Of a stretch of 49,899 bases of DNA, positions 1 to 12,464 are shown in pieces. The notes below the pieces were generated by a model, which saw only the letters and a list, made by a program, of their open reading frames with translations, was not told the DNA's origin and did not search any database. The number at the start of each line of letters is the position of its first letter. Position 1 is the first letter of the stretch. The position numbers were made by a program, and so were the translations under genes. The DNA comes from Chromera velia (Eukaryota): positions 1 to 49,899 of the forward strand of contig JAHBMJ010000327.1 of assembly GCA_018398765.1 (NCBI GenBank), given 5' to 3'.

Positions 1-8
1 GTGCGTGC

Positions 9-82
<74 letters not shown>
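1..82. repeat. Degenerate (GT)n microsatellite at the 3' end of an intron
   Basis: Alternating gtgt/gcgt/atgt run ending in gtag (81-84), a plausible splice acceptor. Confidence 0.9.
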
Positions 83-83
<1 letters not shown>

Positions 84-84
84 G

Positions 85-1534
85 GAGCATGGCCGTGTCT
101 TTCTCTGTGCATGCAGAGGGGTCTTGTGTGGACATTTTGATCGCTTTGGCGAAGAAAAGCAGAGCGAACTATGATATGGTGAGTCGGTCAGGCAGGCGAT
201 CAGCCAGTGAGGGTCGCATCACTCAGGCAGCTGCTTCTGTGTGAGAACTCAGAAGGGCGAGGCGGAGTAAGATTGATAGAGAATTTCTCCTGAAGATCAG
301 GGCATTGTTCTTCTGAGAGGAAAGGCGCCATGCAGGGAGAGGCAGAGGGTAGTGGGTTGTCGTTCTTGAAGGGACGATTGACGAAACTGGACGGCTGACA
401 GATGGCAGAGAGGAAAGGTGGCGGAGAGTCGAAGAGAGAATAAAGCAGCAAATACAGAACATCTACAACACTGAAAAGCCATGATCAGTGGACTGTTCTC
501 AAATTGCCCTCTCTCGCAGTTTGCCATTTCTTGTTTCAGAAGGCCCCTCCTGTCCCGTCTCTGCAGGTTTTGGAAATGTGTGCTGACACTCTTCTGCAAC
601 AGCTCCTTTGTTTTCGTGCCTCTCCTTTTTCTCTGAGCATCTGCGTGTGCGCAAGGTCTCTGATTCCATCTGTACATCTGTGACCTGCCTGTTTCTTTCT
701 GAGCATCTGCAGGTGATGGAAATGTGTGCTGAAGAAGAAAAGAACAGGGGCGTGAAGCGACACGCAGCCTATCAAAGACCAATGACAATGACCAAACTGA
801 CCCCCTCCCCAGCAGCCTCACCAAGAGAAGAGAGAGAGGGGACGGGGGGACTGGGGGGGCGTCGGCTCATTTTCTCCCGTCACTCTGCACCCACACTCTC
901 GCAGGGTGCCGCCCCATCGGGCGCAGGGAAGTCTCCCATGGCTCTGTCTCCTGGGGATCCTCTGCCGTCTCCTTCCTCCCAGATGATGCCCTCATCTGCC
1001 AGTGGTCTCCCAGAGAGTGTCAGGGGTGCACGTCCCTTCGTGTCACCCCTGTCAGGTGTCTCTTCGTCCCGACTTGCCGAAGATGAGACCCGCAGAGGGC
1101 GGGCGCTCCTCAACCAGGCCATCAAAGATCGTGCATCCACGACGACTTCACCCCCCAGGAAAACTCTTGAAGAGCCGAAAAGGAGGAGAGTTGAGGCCGA
1201 AGGGGGAACAGGGACACACACTGCTGAACTGCCATCTGCATCATCTGCAGCTGCAGCAGTACCGTCCGCAAACCCACCCACAGGCTCCGTCAGTCTCCGA
1301 TTGCCTGAGGGCGAATCGTCGCAGTCCTTTCCACAGCTGTTGCGGTCTGGTTCGGCTGCAAGTGAGCAGGGAAGCCCCGCGTCGCAGTCGAGTGACCCTC
1401 TGAATTTCACTTGGGGGGGGGACATTTTGGATTTTCAGGCAGGGACCAAGCCTGTGACGGTCAAGGAGGGGGGGACGAAACGGAAGTGGAAAGAGGACGA
1501 GAAGGAAAAAGGGGGGGGAGGGGGGAGCGCATGA
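85..1534 (+). CDS. 3' part of a hypothetical protein with a Ser/Pro/Gly-rich C-terminus; exons 85-178 and 713-1534, 5' end outside the window
   Basis: gtag|85, donor gtgagt at 179, acceptor ctgcag|713. The phase-0 join reads KKSRANYDM|VMEMCAEEEKNRG and stays open to TGA 1532-1534. No domain recognised. Confidence 0.6.
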
Positions 1535-2299
1535 TCTGTGAGGAGGATCAAGAAGAGAAATATCGGATCAGAGATTCTCTACAGGGGTATCCATGTGTGA
1601 AACGTAGACTCTTAGGGTTCAGTGGTGTCTTTAGCCCTCTGGGTACGTCCTAGAACGTCCTGAGTTCACTTGAATCTGTGGAGACCTAGGTGTGGGACCG
1701 TGTGGACATATGGTTATCATGATATTACTTATTTATCTAGTGTCATATGTTCAGAATGGTTTTGTATTTCTCTTTCACACTAGCTTTAATCTATACTTTT
1801 TACCCCTTTGATATTCAAAGTTATAAACTTCATTGATTGATTGATTGATTTTTTTTTTTTTGATTGATTGATTGGATTGTTTGTATAGTATAAAATATAA
1901 AGAATCATGATTTCTAAACTTGAATCTAAAGTGGTTTTTTCATTCATTCTTTGATCTTATGGGTTTCTATTTTGCTTTCTTTTTCTGAAATCGAAGTTGT
2001 TTAAGTTTAGAATTGTTGACCTTCTGTTATAATTTATTGAGAAAACCACCTGTAGTTTTAAAGGTTTTTGAATCAATGAATAGAGTAAGACTTTAAGATA
2101 TGATAGCATAACATTTATCTTCCAGGAAACGCCGCGGTCCACTGCCAGCCAGATATCAACTAACAATTTAAACTTATTCAGTTTTGTTGAGTAGTAAGTG
2201 AAAAGTGAAGAAGACGTAAGAATAAGATGGCGTTAAGTAGTGTTAGGTTGCCATCGTTGTAGAGAATAAGAAGGGGAAGCTCGGAATTTCTTGGACCTC

Positions 2300-2600
2300 G
2301 ATATCGCCATGGCACTTTCCGCGCAAAAATCGAAGGCACCGCGCGGGCCCCCCGTGACATATCCCGTGACTCAGATGGCACGCCCGCGAAAAAAAATCAC
2401 GCGTATATAAAATTGCTCACGCATGCAGTCGACATACAGAGCTGTTTCTTCTGTATATCGATTCATTTTTTTTTTTCTTTTTAAAGTCATCGCGTGACAC
2501 ACACTCTCCAGACGTACGTGCATGCGGATTGATCGATCGAATTCGATCAATGTACGTACATGCATGCATTCGTCGAATTGACTTCTGATCAACTGATTCG
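2300..2600. promoter_or_regulatory. Probable promoter of the ILP1-like gene with a TGCATGCA motif and palindromic elements
   Basis: TGCATGCA at 2561-2568, the palindrome attgatcga...tcgatcaat near 2528-2551, and CGCG-rich motifs, about 200-450 bp upstream of ATG 2767. Regulatory function is inferred. Confidence 0.35.
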
Positions 2601-2766
2601 GCTCTCTGACGACTGCTGAAGGTGTACCCTCCAACACACACTAGAATCTTTCAGTCAAAGAGCACCAGGCGACCAACAGTCACACCAAGCGACCCAGCAA
2701 GCTTCAAGGTTTCCCCAAAGGACACCAACCGAGACTCACCTCAGTTCCCTCAATCCACATCGCAAG

Positions 2767-5524
2767 ATGGGAGCAAAGCTTTCCAAGGACCAGATCGAGA
2801 CCGATCTTCAGGAGTTCTATGGACGTCAGTAAGCTCTCTTGCAAGCACCCTTGCTCATGAACACCATACTGGCACACCAATCTCCCCTGTTCTCTGACAT
2901 TTCCATCGATCTTCACGCCTTGCTCTCTTTCCCCTCTTCCTTTCGTGTGCAGCCCAGCCCGCTCTCCTTCAGAGAGTCACGGCCATTTACGCCCCTCTGG
3001 ACCCCGAGTAAGTCTTCTGTTCACAGAGTCACAGAGTCCTCTTTCATCTCTTGTGCTTTCTCTGCCCAGAACCTCCGTTTCGATCGTGTCCCAAAGTCCC
3101 AAAACCCACACGTGCATTTGTGTTTTCGCACCTTGCATGCATGCACAAAGCATAAAGTCTCTTCCCGGTATTTTCTCCTCCATAGGCTTCATTGGCCCGC
3201 TGAGCCTTGTCAAAATCGAAACTTTTCATGCCCTCTTTGATCCACAGACACACATAGAAAGAACCGGAAGGAGAAAGGAAGAGTTGACCACCCAAACTCC
3301 AAGACATACAGACATTTGGTCAACTACCGATACAGACGTGCAAAGTATATATACAGATTGTCAAACCCTGCGATTGAAGTTCCTTGTTTAGTCTCACCTT
3401 TTCCTCAAATGTGTCCTGAACCCAGATCCTCCTCTCCCGAGGACATGTGGACGGTCACTTGAGCCATCTGGCGCACAATCACACGAAGAAACTCGCATCT
3501 TTCACTCAGATTTATTTTACCACATACATATCGACACATACAGAAGCACCCGAACAAAATTTCACCATCTTGCTCACCACTTCCCCCCGTCCCGCTGCAG
3601 GCAGGATGACTCTGTCCCCTTCGAGTACCTGGAACCCCAGCTGATGCCCATCCTGATGGGACTGGACCCCGCCATGATGCAGACCCACGTGACTGAGACG
3701 GGCACCATCAGCCACACCGACGTGAAGAAGGGCTACGCAGCCTACGGGATCTCCCCCACAGGGAGCGTCTCCATGGAGGCCTGGCAGTGCACTGTGATGG
3801 TCTGGGCCAAACAGTTCACCGACGACAGAGCCAGAATTGCAGAGGTTAGCCTACTTGCCTACCTCTCTCTGGTGCCCGTAGATGTTTGCTTCTTTCGTGT
3901 TTGCAGTGTGCATTTTTCCTGAATGTGCCACTGTCCACGTATCTGATTCAAGTGATTGCTTCCGATCCTCTGTCTCGCTACAGCCCAGCATTCCTCTCTT
4001 CAACCAAGGCAAACAACTTCCCTGACCAGATTGTGGGTGTGGTCTGCAACTGCACCCCGTCTTTCGCTTTTTCCTTTGCCTTTTTGGCCTCGTTGATGCA
4101 ACTCCTTGATTGATTCATCCCTGACTGCGCGTTGACTGAACCCTGTCCCTTCCCCCGCCCCCTCCTGATGAACTGGCGTGCAGGAGCAGAGAAAGGCCTA
4201 CGAGGAGGCAGTGGCTGCTCAGCAGAAGGTGGGTATAGTAGAATAGCTTCTGTGGTTGGCGGGAAGGGAGGGGTGGGGGTCGATGTTGGCTTTTCTGGTC
4301 TCATGGTGTTTCCTGATTCCTTCTGCTTTCTCCATTATTCTCTCTTCTCCACCAGTTTTCTTTCTGCCTCTTTCTTTACTGAAGTACTTTTCTTTTTGCT
4401 CTTTTCAGCCGAATCGCTGAAACCCTCCCACCCCTCCGACCTCCCCCTTTTTGTTCCATGCACCCTACTTCCCTCAGAGCCCACTCGATCCCCTCTTTGG
4501 CTTTCTCCTGCACTCGTCTTTTTTCCCTTGTCATTGACCCCCTTCCTCTCCTCTTCTCTCCTCTCCTCTCCTCTCCTCTCCTCTCCCAGCTTGCATTTTT
4601 TCACTCCTTCATCATACATTATTTGACTCTGGCCCTTTTTTAACTTCTTCTCTCTGCAACCACGCGCACTCTGACCGTTGTCATTCTTCCTGGTTCCCTC
4701 CACACAATGACTACTTTGACTCTTCGCGTGTTTTTTTCCCCGTCTGCTTGGCTTTGTTCTGGGATCCTGATTGTCTCTTTCTAGTTCCCCGCTTTTCTCC
4801 CTCTTTCCTCCCGAGCAGATCCCCCTTCTCTACTCTTTGTATCCTTTCATGTCCGCATCGCTCTGCCTGCCTTTCTGCCTCTCTCTCTGTCTCTCTCTCT
4901 ATCTGCCTGCAGTCCATTGAGGAGGCCCAGACGGAGCAGGAGAAGCGCATGAAGGAGCAGTACGAAGCCTTCGAGAAGGCCCAAAAGGAGCACCAGGCGG
5001 AGGTCGAGAAGGTCCAGGCAGAGAACCAGAAGGCCTGGGAGGAGTACCACAAGGCCCAGCAGGAGGCATGGGAGGAGGCCGCAGAGGCCCACAGAAAGCA
5101 GCAGGAGGAGGCCAACACTGTGTATGCCCGGTCTCTTGACGCTCATGAGAAGGACGTGAAGAAGCAGCAGACCGAGTATGAGAAGGCTCAGGCTGAGTAC
5201 CACAAAGCCCAGCAGGAGGCTTATGAGAAGCAGCAGGAGGAGTATTACAAGCAGCATGAGGAATATTTCAAGGCCCAAGAGAAGGCCAGAGAGGACTATG
5301 AGGCTGCCCGACAGGCAGAGTATGAGGAGTACGAGAGCGCCCGTACTGAATTCGAGAAGGGTGTTGAGAAGGCTAGGCAGGAACAGGAGGAGGCATATGA
5401 TGCATGGCTCGAGGAGCAGGAGAGGCTCCGTAGAGAGGCCCTGATGCATCAGGTGGCTGCGTATTATTCCTTCACCACCACCAAGGGCCGCAGAAAGAAG
5501 AAGCGCTACTCCGGCTGCTGCTAA
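2767..5524 (+). CDS. ILP1: ILP1/G2-like inner-membrane-complex (cortical) protein, ~320 aa; exons 2767-2828, 3601-3844, 4184-4228, 4913-5524
   Basis: All three junctions are GT-AG and phase-consistent (gtaag 2829/ctgcag 3600; gttag 3845/gtgcag 4183; gtggg 4229/ctgcag 4912). The protein starts MGAKLSK (MGxxxS myristoylation motif), has degenerate EF-hand-like segments (VTETGTISHTD, SPTGSVSMEAW) and a long E/Q/K coiled coil, and ends RRKKKRYSGCC. This is the architecture of Toxoplasma ILP1 / Plasmodium G2. Orthology is by recognition, not search. Confidence 0.75.
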
Positions 5525-8216
5525 GCGTTTGAGCTTGGTGGGTGCACAGAGTGCGTAAAAGGGGGGGGGGGAGAGGTGAGAGACACCATGAATGAGCAAC
5601 AGACGATGTGAAGGACTGGGGTCTCGGTCATGTCTCTTCTCTTCTCATGTTCGTGGGCGTGTGTGTTTCAAAGAAGGGGGGGAGAGGAAGGAACAAGAAA
5701 TTTGATGTTGCTGTGCAGAGAGAAAGATGCTTTGTTCTTTCTTCTTTCCTCACTTTCGGTTCCCTCCCTTCGATAGCTGTGTCTTTCTTCCTATTCCTAG
5801 CCCTGTAGAGAGGCAAACAAGAGATGGAGATGTTTACGTTAGAATGCGCCAACGAGAAGATCGAAGGCCAAACCATGCCTTCATGAAGAGACAAACAAAA
5901 CAACACTCCGCCTCCTCTCCCTCCCCTGATGCAATGGAGGAGGGAGGGAGATACGGGGAGGTTGCAAGGGAGGGATGGAGAGAGGATAAATGGTTGCAAG
6001 CTGTTGCATCCCCTGTCTTCTTTCTTCTCTTCATCGCATAGGGCGCTGACTGTCCTTCACCTAATTTTCTTCTTTCTTTCATGCCTGTTCTTTTTTGTCC
6101 TCTTTCCTTTCTTCCATTCAGTCTTTCCTCTATTACTGGCGCTGCAAAACACAAAAAAGAAAGAACGTCGAGACCAAAATGAAGTCTCGAGAAGAAACCC
6201 ACAAAACACATCAGGGCCCTGAATCATTCTTTCTCTTCCCCTCTGAGCGTATCGGGTGACTTCAACGATGCATTGCCATGCACGACAAAAAACACACACA
6301 ACAAGACATCACCATGCAAACGATAAGGCACCGATGCAGCACTCGGAACGAAAAGGAAGGGACGAAGACAAGAAACAAGAGGAAGGCACAGGGAAGAAAG
6401 GTCGAAGAAAAGACAAGACAAATGCACATTCTACCTTTACCTTTCTGAGGAAAAGGAGACAGGGCGCAATCACCTGGATGCATGGATCGATGGATCGACG
6501 GCTGCCTGCTGTTAGTTGTCTAATTTTTTTCATCCTGCCGGTTCTCCGCTATTTTGCTTATTCGCGCTCGCTGGTGACATTGAAGCACAGACACCTCGAG
6601 AGAAGGAAACACAACTGCCCATTCTCCTTAAGAAAGGAACCGTTCGATCCTCCTGCCGACAAAAGCATTCGCATACTCACGGCAGGACAGAGCGAATTGT
6701 TGTTCCAAGTCCGCACACCCTGATCTCATTGTGTGTCTGAATTCAACCAACTGTTCACGCCGTCGCCGGACCCCCGCCTTCCGCCTCCACCTTTGCAGCA
6801 ACACGTGTGCACTTTTGCAAGCTGGTATGGCAGCCCCCTCAATGAAAAAGGGTGCAAAGAAGAGACCCCAAGAAAGAATCAGAGAGCAACTCCTGACATT
6901 CTGCCAGGGAGAGGATGATCGTGCCTGCATCCTAGCTGTCTGCCTGCCTTTTTGCATCATTGCGTGTCTGTCTTTGCTGTTTCAGATCTGCAGTGCTCTG
7001 CGTTCCGCTGCATGTGACTGAGTCGTATGCACCACTACATCGATTGAACGATCAACCAAGGAGTCGACCGAAAAGAAAAGTCACTGCAAGCGGTGACAGC
7101 GTGGCGCTGCTGCAGATCGCCCACTTTGATCACCAGTCCCCAGATGAACTTGCAAACACAATCCCGGCTCTATTTCAGTTTATGTTCATTCACTAGTTCA
7201 TTCATTGCTTGCAGTTCATTTTCAACCTCATCATAGAAGTCCAGCTAGTAAGTTCAATCAAAATCGTATACTGTACCTGTTGTGTACCAAAAAATGCTAG
7301 GGTTTTAGCCTAGGATTAAGCGGATTTTATGGAATTTTAAGCAGGATTTTGGCAAATTTTATAGGATTTTATCTGCAGTGAAAAGTTATCAAACTTTGAG
7401 GCTAGCTAGGATACTTAACTTGCATGTCTTAGTAAGAGAGAAAAAAAAAATCTCAAATTATTATATATTACTGTTAGCTAGACTGTTGGTAGCTATACTA
7501 GGATTATGCTTGCATGGAGTTTTATTACTCTTTTAAACATTTTTCAGAATTTTTTGTTAAGATTTTATCTAGGTGACTAGGTCTAGATCTAGGTGCAAAC
7601 CAACATTGTTGGAGACCATAATGCTATAGATAAAAAACATATAATTAAATCTTTATTTCTTTAATTTTAGCTAACGCTTGTGTATAGACTTAAATACTCT
7701 AACAATACATGAAAACTCATAATTATACTCCTTGCATGGGGATGATTAATTTAAATATTTTGCATGCTTCAGAGCATCATGACTCATGATGTTTTTGTAC
7801 AGTTCTTACCAGAAAGCATCTGACAGTCAAACGTACAGGCCTTAAAGACTAAAATGTACATGATCGACGGGCTTTTCAATTCGACAGCGACTTACAAACA
7901 GAACTTGTCATGCTTTGCACGAGCCCGACTGAGGTCCTTGCTTTCCATCAATCAAGGAGGGTGCTACGGAGTGTGGCGCGTTTTCATCCCTTGGATGAAT
8001 CTTGAGTCTGTCCGGCTGTGTGAGAGAACCCGGCCGCATGCGGTCATCAGTGGGGATCAGGAGACCTTAACAGACTCATCCAACGGTGCGTAAGCGTCTA
8101 TTCTCCTTTCGAAGCAACAACAGAGAGAAAGTTTGCGTTTCATTGGTTTGTTCTCTTCGTTATCTGTCCATTTCTTGATCAAGGTTTTCTCTGTTCCATG
8201 ACCTGACGTGCAAACC

Positions 8217-8218
<2 letters not shown>

Positions 8219-8258
<40 letters not shown>
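8219..8258. repeat. (CT)n microsatellite
   Basis: Perfect ct run; a second run lies at about 8988-9020. Confidence 0.9.
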
Positions 8259-8261
<3 letters not shown>

Positions 8262-8984
8262 GTAAACCGATCCAACCACACATGGCAGCGCTGCCTGCTT
8301 TTTTGAAGGGATGTGCGAGCTGCCTCCCCCCTGCACGAATGGAACAACTTGATCATATCTTACCGACCCTCCATCGACCGTCTACGTCGGAGACGCCGTC
8401 TCCCCCTCCCTCCCTTCACGCTTGTCGCCACTGTCAGTGTATGGCATTGTTCGAATTGAAGCTGACTTGTTTCGTCAACTTTCTGCTTACTTTGTTCCGT
8501 CCATATTCGGTTGCTTTCTGTTTTGTGTTATTTACTTGCAGTGACGATCGATTGCTTTATGGTGAATTCACACAAGAAGGAAGAGAGTGTCCTGGTCACC
8601 TCTTCCTGGAAAGGCTGAGACAAGGAGGGGGAGGGAGGGGGTTTGCGATGAGGCAGACAGACAATGGAGGAAAGTATGCAATGGAAAGTTGGACGGACAG
8701 TCTCTACACACACGTGCACCTTACAGACACACAGAGAAGAGGGAGAGAGAGAAGTGAGAGAGAAAAGAAGGAAGCAAAGAGGTCGAAATTTCCTTGTCTT
8801 GATTTGCTGAAGAAACCCAGCTTGCAAAGGACAGAGGAAGACAGGATGAGTCTTTGTTTCCCCTTCTTTTTCAGCTGCAAAAGAACAAAGAACAAAAGCA
8901 AGAACGAACACGCGCACAATTGTGCGTACGAACACACATCGAGAAAGAGAGAAACATCCGCAGTCCTTTCCTTTCTTCTTACAA

Positions 8985-9021
<37 letters not shown>

Positions 9022-9826
9022 TCCTCTCTGTTCCCTGACTCCGACAGCGTTGCTGCTGTTGAGTGTCAAACGATTCCCCCTACACCCCCGCCTACTCCCC
9101 AAGTCCCCCCTTGTTATTTCAAGAGGACCTTTCCCGCTTTATTTGCTTCTCCCCCCCAGGCTCACATGCACCCCGTGTGCATCCATCCATCCAGAGTGGA
9201 GCCTTTCGATCGATCGATCGATCCGATGCCCCCATGCATTCAGTCATCTGATGGGAAAACCAAGATATATTGACTTTTTTTATTCTTAACTCCCGTCACC
9301 CAACCCGATTGATGCTTTAAGTCCAATCCATCCCCCCCACAAACTTAAGAGAACCCGATCCCTCTCCCGTCTTTCTGTCTAAGTGTATGTGCAAATAGAA
9401 ACATCTTTCAGGTTGCAATCAAATGAAAGTCAGTTTGAATGCCGTCTGTCATGAGAGACTTTCCGAGAGGAAAGGAAGGAAGGTCGGAGAGACACCTCCT
9501 CTGCACTGCTTCAGGCGCATCTATCCCTGTGCTATTCTTCTCTCCATTCTCCTGGCTGTCCCATTCGCCCTCTTTTCTCCCTTGCCATCGCAACTTCACT
9601 CCATCTGCACAAGGTCAAGTTCTTATCTCTCAGCGTGATTGTTCTTTTCTTGACACGAAGCTAGGAAGGAAGAAAGTGAAGAAGTAGAGAGAAGAAGAAC
9701 GAACGGAAACAAAGAGACGGGAGAATCGAAACGTATGGATTGAGTCAACTGATGCATCAGAAGCTTGACAGAGTCAGAGTCTCTCCCCCCAATGTTTCCC
9801 CCCTTCCCTCGTGTGCCCTCACTCGA

Positions 9827-11763
9827 TCATCCCTGGTTGAAGTTCAGGAACCCTTCTCGGAGGTCCAGCCGCATGCTGAAGGGCCGGGGTCCGCCGTCTC
9901 CCTGATAGGGCTCCTCGACTGCACGCACGCACAGGTACGGACAGAGATACAACAATGAGAATGTGGATATGCATCTAGTGTACGAATGAATGGACTTCTT
10001 GCCTGTGTATTCTGTTGTGGAGTGCTCACTTCTTGAGCGAGTGAGATGAGATGGCATGCAGAGGGGGTGCATGGAGAAGGTGTTCTTTTTTTGTTCCAAA
10101 CAATCCGACCATGCACTTGGCACTCTTCATTTGAACGTCAACTCATCTACCAATGCAACCGTGGAGGTGCTAACCCATTCAACAAGTCATCCACTCACAC
10201 ACCATCAATCCATATCAGGCACACAGACCGACTGACCGTCATCATACTCGGGACCCGGACTTCTGTAGTCGTACGGCCTGCAGTCATGCAGCACCCATGC
10301 ATTTGTATTAGTCAATGCAGGAAGGAAATCACGGGCTGTAACGTCAAGTGTGTGTTGTATTTCGCACCTGAATCGAATGCGTGGCAGGAAAGTGAAAAGG
10401 AGGGTACCGAAAAGGGAAAGAAAACTGTCTACGTCATTGGTCCCCTGACAGACGTGCACGTATGGGCAGTTGCAAAGCTGGGTCTTCGGCTAATCTTCCC
10501 AATCTACAAAAGAAGCTGTCCTTGAGGTATGACGCAACCTGAAATCGGGAGGCGTTGTTGCGACGGCAGAGAAAAACAAGGAGCAAAGAAAATAACAATT
10601 TGAAAGGGGAAAGAAAAGAAAAGAAAGTCGGCTGCTTGGCTGACTGACTTCTCAAATCGAGGCGACCTTGAAGTCATCTGAGGGGGGGGTGGAGGCGGGC
10701 GGCGTCTCCGGGGAGAGGGGGGGGGTCCGTAACTCGGGTACTGCAGGGAACAGAAAGAAATATGGGGAGGAGTCATTGAGCAGAACAGGATTCAGGAAAC
10801 GAACTTGTATGTGAGTACGCGAATCATTGGATGAGCGGGCAGTTGAGCGAACCACAAAGTGTGTGCACGAGACTCGGATCAGTCAATTGGAGAAATAGAC
10901 TTCACGAATGTCATGCCATCTTTCATTTCAGCACGCAGAAGAAAAACATTCTCATACAAAATTTTGGTCCGACCATTTCCACGTATACATCTCTCTCCCG
11001 AAACCTCAGAGGCTGACTCACTGACCCGATCCTCATAGTATCTGTCCCTGTCCATCCTGTCCTTCCAGTACATCGGAGGTTCCCTCTCCCTCTGCCACCG
11101 TCTCCCTCTGTCCCTGTAATCCCTGTAGTCTCTGTCTCTGTCCATCATCCTGTCTTGGCAGAGCCACTCGAGCTCCCTCTCCCTCTCCCTTTCCCTCTGC
11201 ATTTCATAGCATTCCCAGTCAAGATAGTCGTCCATCATATACGGATCTCTGTCCCTGTCCCTGTCGAGGAAGCCGTACGGAGGAAGACGACCGAAGCGAG
11301 CAGCAGCAGCCCTCCTACTACGAGAGAAGGGAGACAGAGACCTCTCGAGAATGTCTCTCTCCTCTGCTGTCAGCCGTCCTCCCTCAAAGTCGCCTCCCCG
11401 GGCAGTCGCCAGCTGGTTGGGCTGCTGCTGTTGAGGGGGCTGCTGTACTGCAGGCTGCTGCTGAGGTTGTGGCTGTGCTGGTGGTGTATGCGATGGTTGT
11501 TGCGGAGGCGCTTGTTGCGGCGGCGGGTACGGCATGGGAGGGGGTCTGTAGGATTGGTACATCGGATTTCCGGAGGCATAGGGTGTGAAGGGAGGACGGG
11601 CTCCAGGGGGCGGGGGAGGGCGTGCGCCATGCACTTGAGGCTGCATTGGCATGGGTGGTCGTCCTGTGGGCGAGCCTGGATTGGGCGGCATTGGAGGGCG
11701 GAAACCAGGACCGGGACCGCCTCCATAAGGAGGGTAAGTGGCAGGTGGTCGTTGTCCGTACAT
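9827..11763 (-). CDS. Hypothetical low-complexity protein, ~328 aa, with a Pro/Gln-rich N-terminus and Asp/Glu-Arg dipeptide middle; exons 11763-11022, 10740-10667, 10538-10460, 9918-9827
   Basis: ATG at 11763 opens a long ORF. Three GT-AG introns give a consistent 987-nt frame ending ...LQLPILEEPYQGDGGPRPFSMRLDLREGFLNFNQG-TGA. Exon 1 is well supported; the downstream splicing is less certain. Confidence 0.65.
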
Positions 11764-12464
11764 TCGATCAGTTCAGTGACCGGAGTCGGAAGAAGTTGAA
11801 GAAAGCTAAAGGTCCGGAGTTTCTCTGTATTTCGCGTGTATCGCTGCACAGTTGAATTAATGAAGCAATACGGCTCACTTTTTGTAGGTCACTGCGAAAA
11901 GACAGTCAATCACAAACGCAAGGACAAATCGATTCAGACTTCTTTGTGGCCCTTCGCACCTGACTGTCTAGGAGAGAGTGAGGAAGTCGGTAGCTTTTCT
12001 TCTGAATCCACCTATACATTCATTCATATATAGCTCGACAAAGTTCAAATTTCCAGTCGATCATGCAATAAACGTACATGCAGGAGAGCATGCACATGCG
12101 TTGATTCATTTTTTTTTTTTGTTTATCCGCACAAATACAGACGCGCGCATGAAAGGCGAAGGGGAGCTTGCATGAAAAGCGCGGGGGCGTTCAGACGCAA
12201 CGTACGGCATAACGCGTCCACACGCAGATGCCACGCACGATGGCCGGGGCCGCCGGGCTATATGCCGAGCTACGCGAGATTGCATGAAGTGCAACCGTCG
12301 CCACTGCGACAGGATCTGTCAGATCTGTATGACTCTTGAGCTGGATGTCAGTGAGTGAAAAGGGGCGTGTATTAATCCGTCACATACTGTGCTTCGTGCG
12401 AGCAACGGGTGAGATTTTCAGTGAAATTGTTGTCCCCTCTGACAGAGACCATACTAAGACGGAA

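Noticed and set aside
4847..5599. 250-aa Leu-rich, membrane-protein-like ORF on the minus strand
   Set aside because: Antisense shadow of the Glu/Gln/Lys-rich ILP1-like exon.
8282..9289. 335-aa ORF
   Set aside because: It runs through CT/GA microsatellites and homopolymers, with no motif or convincing exon structure. Likely UTR or intergenic.
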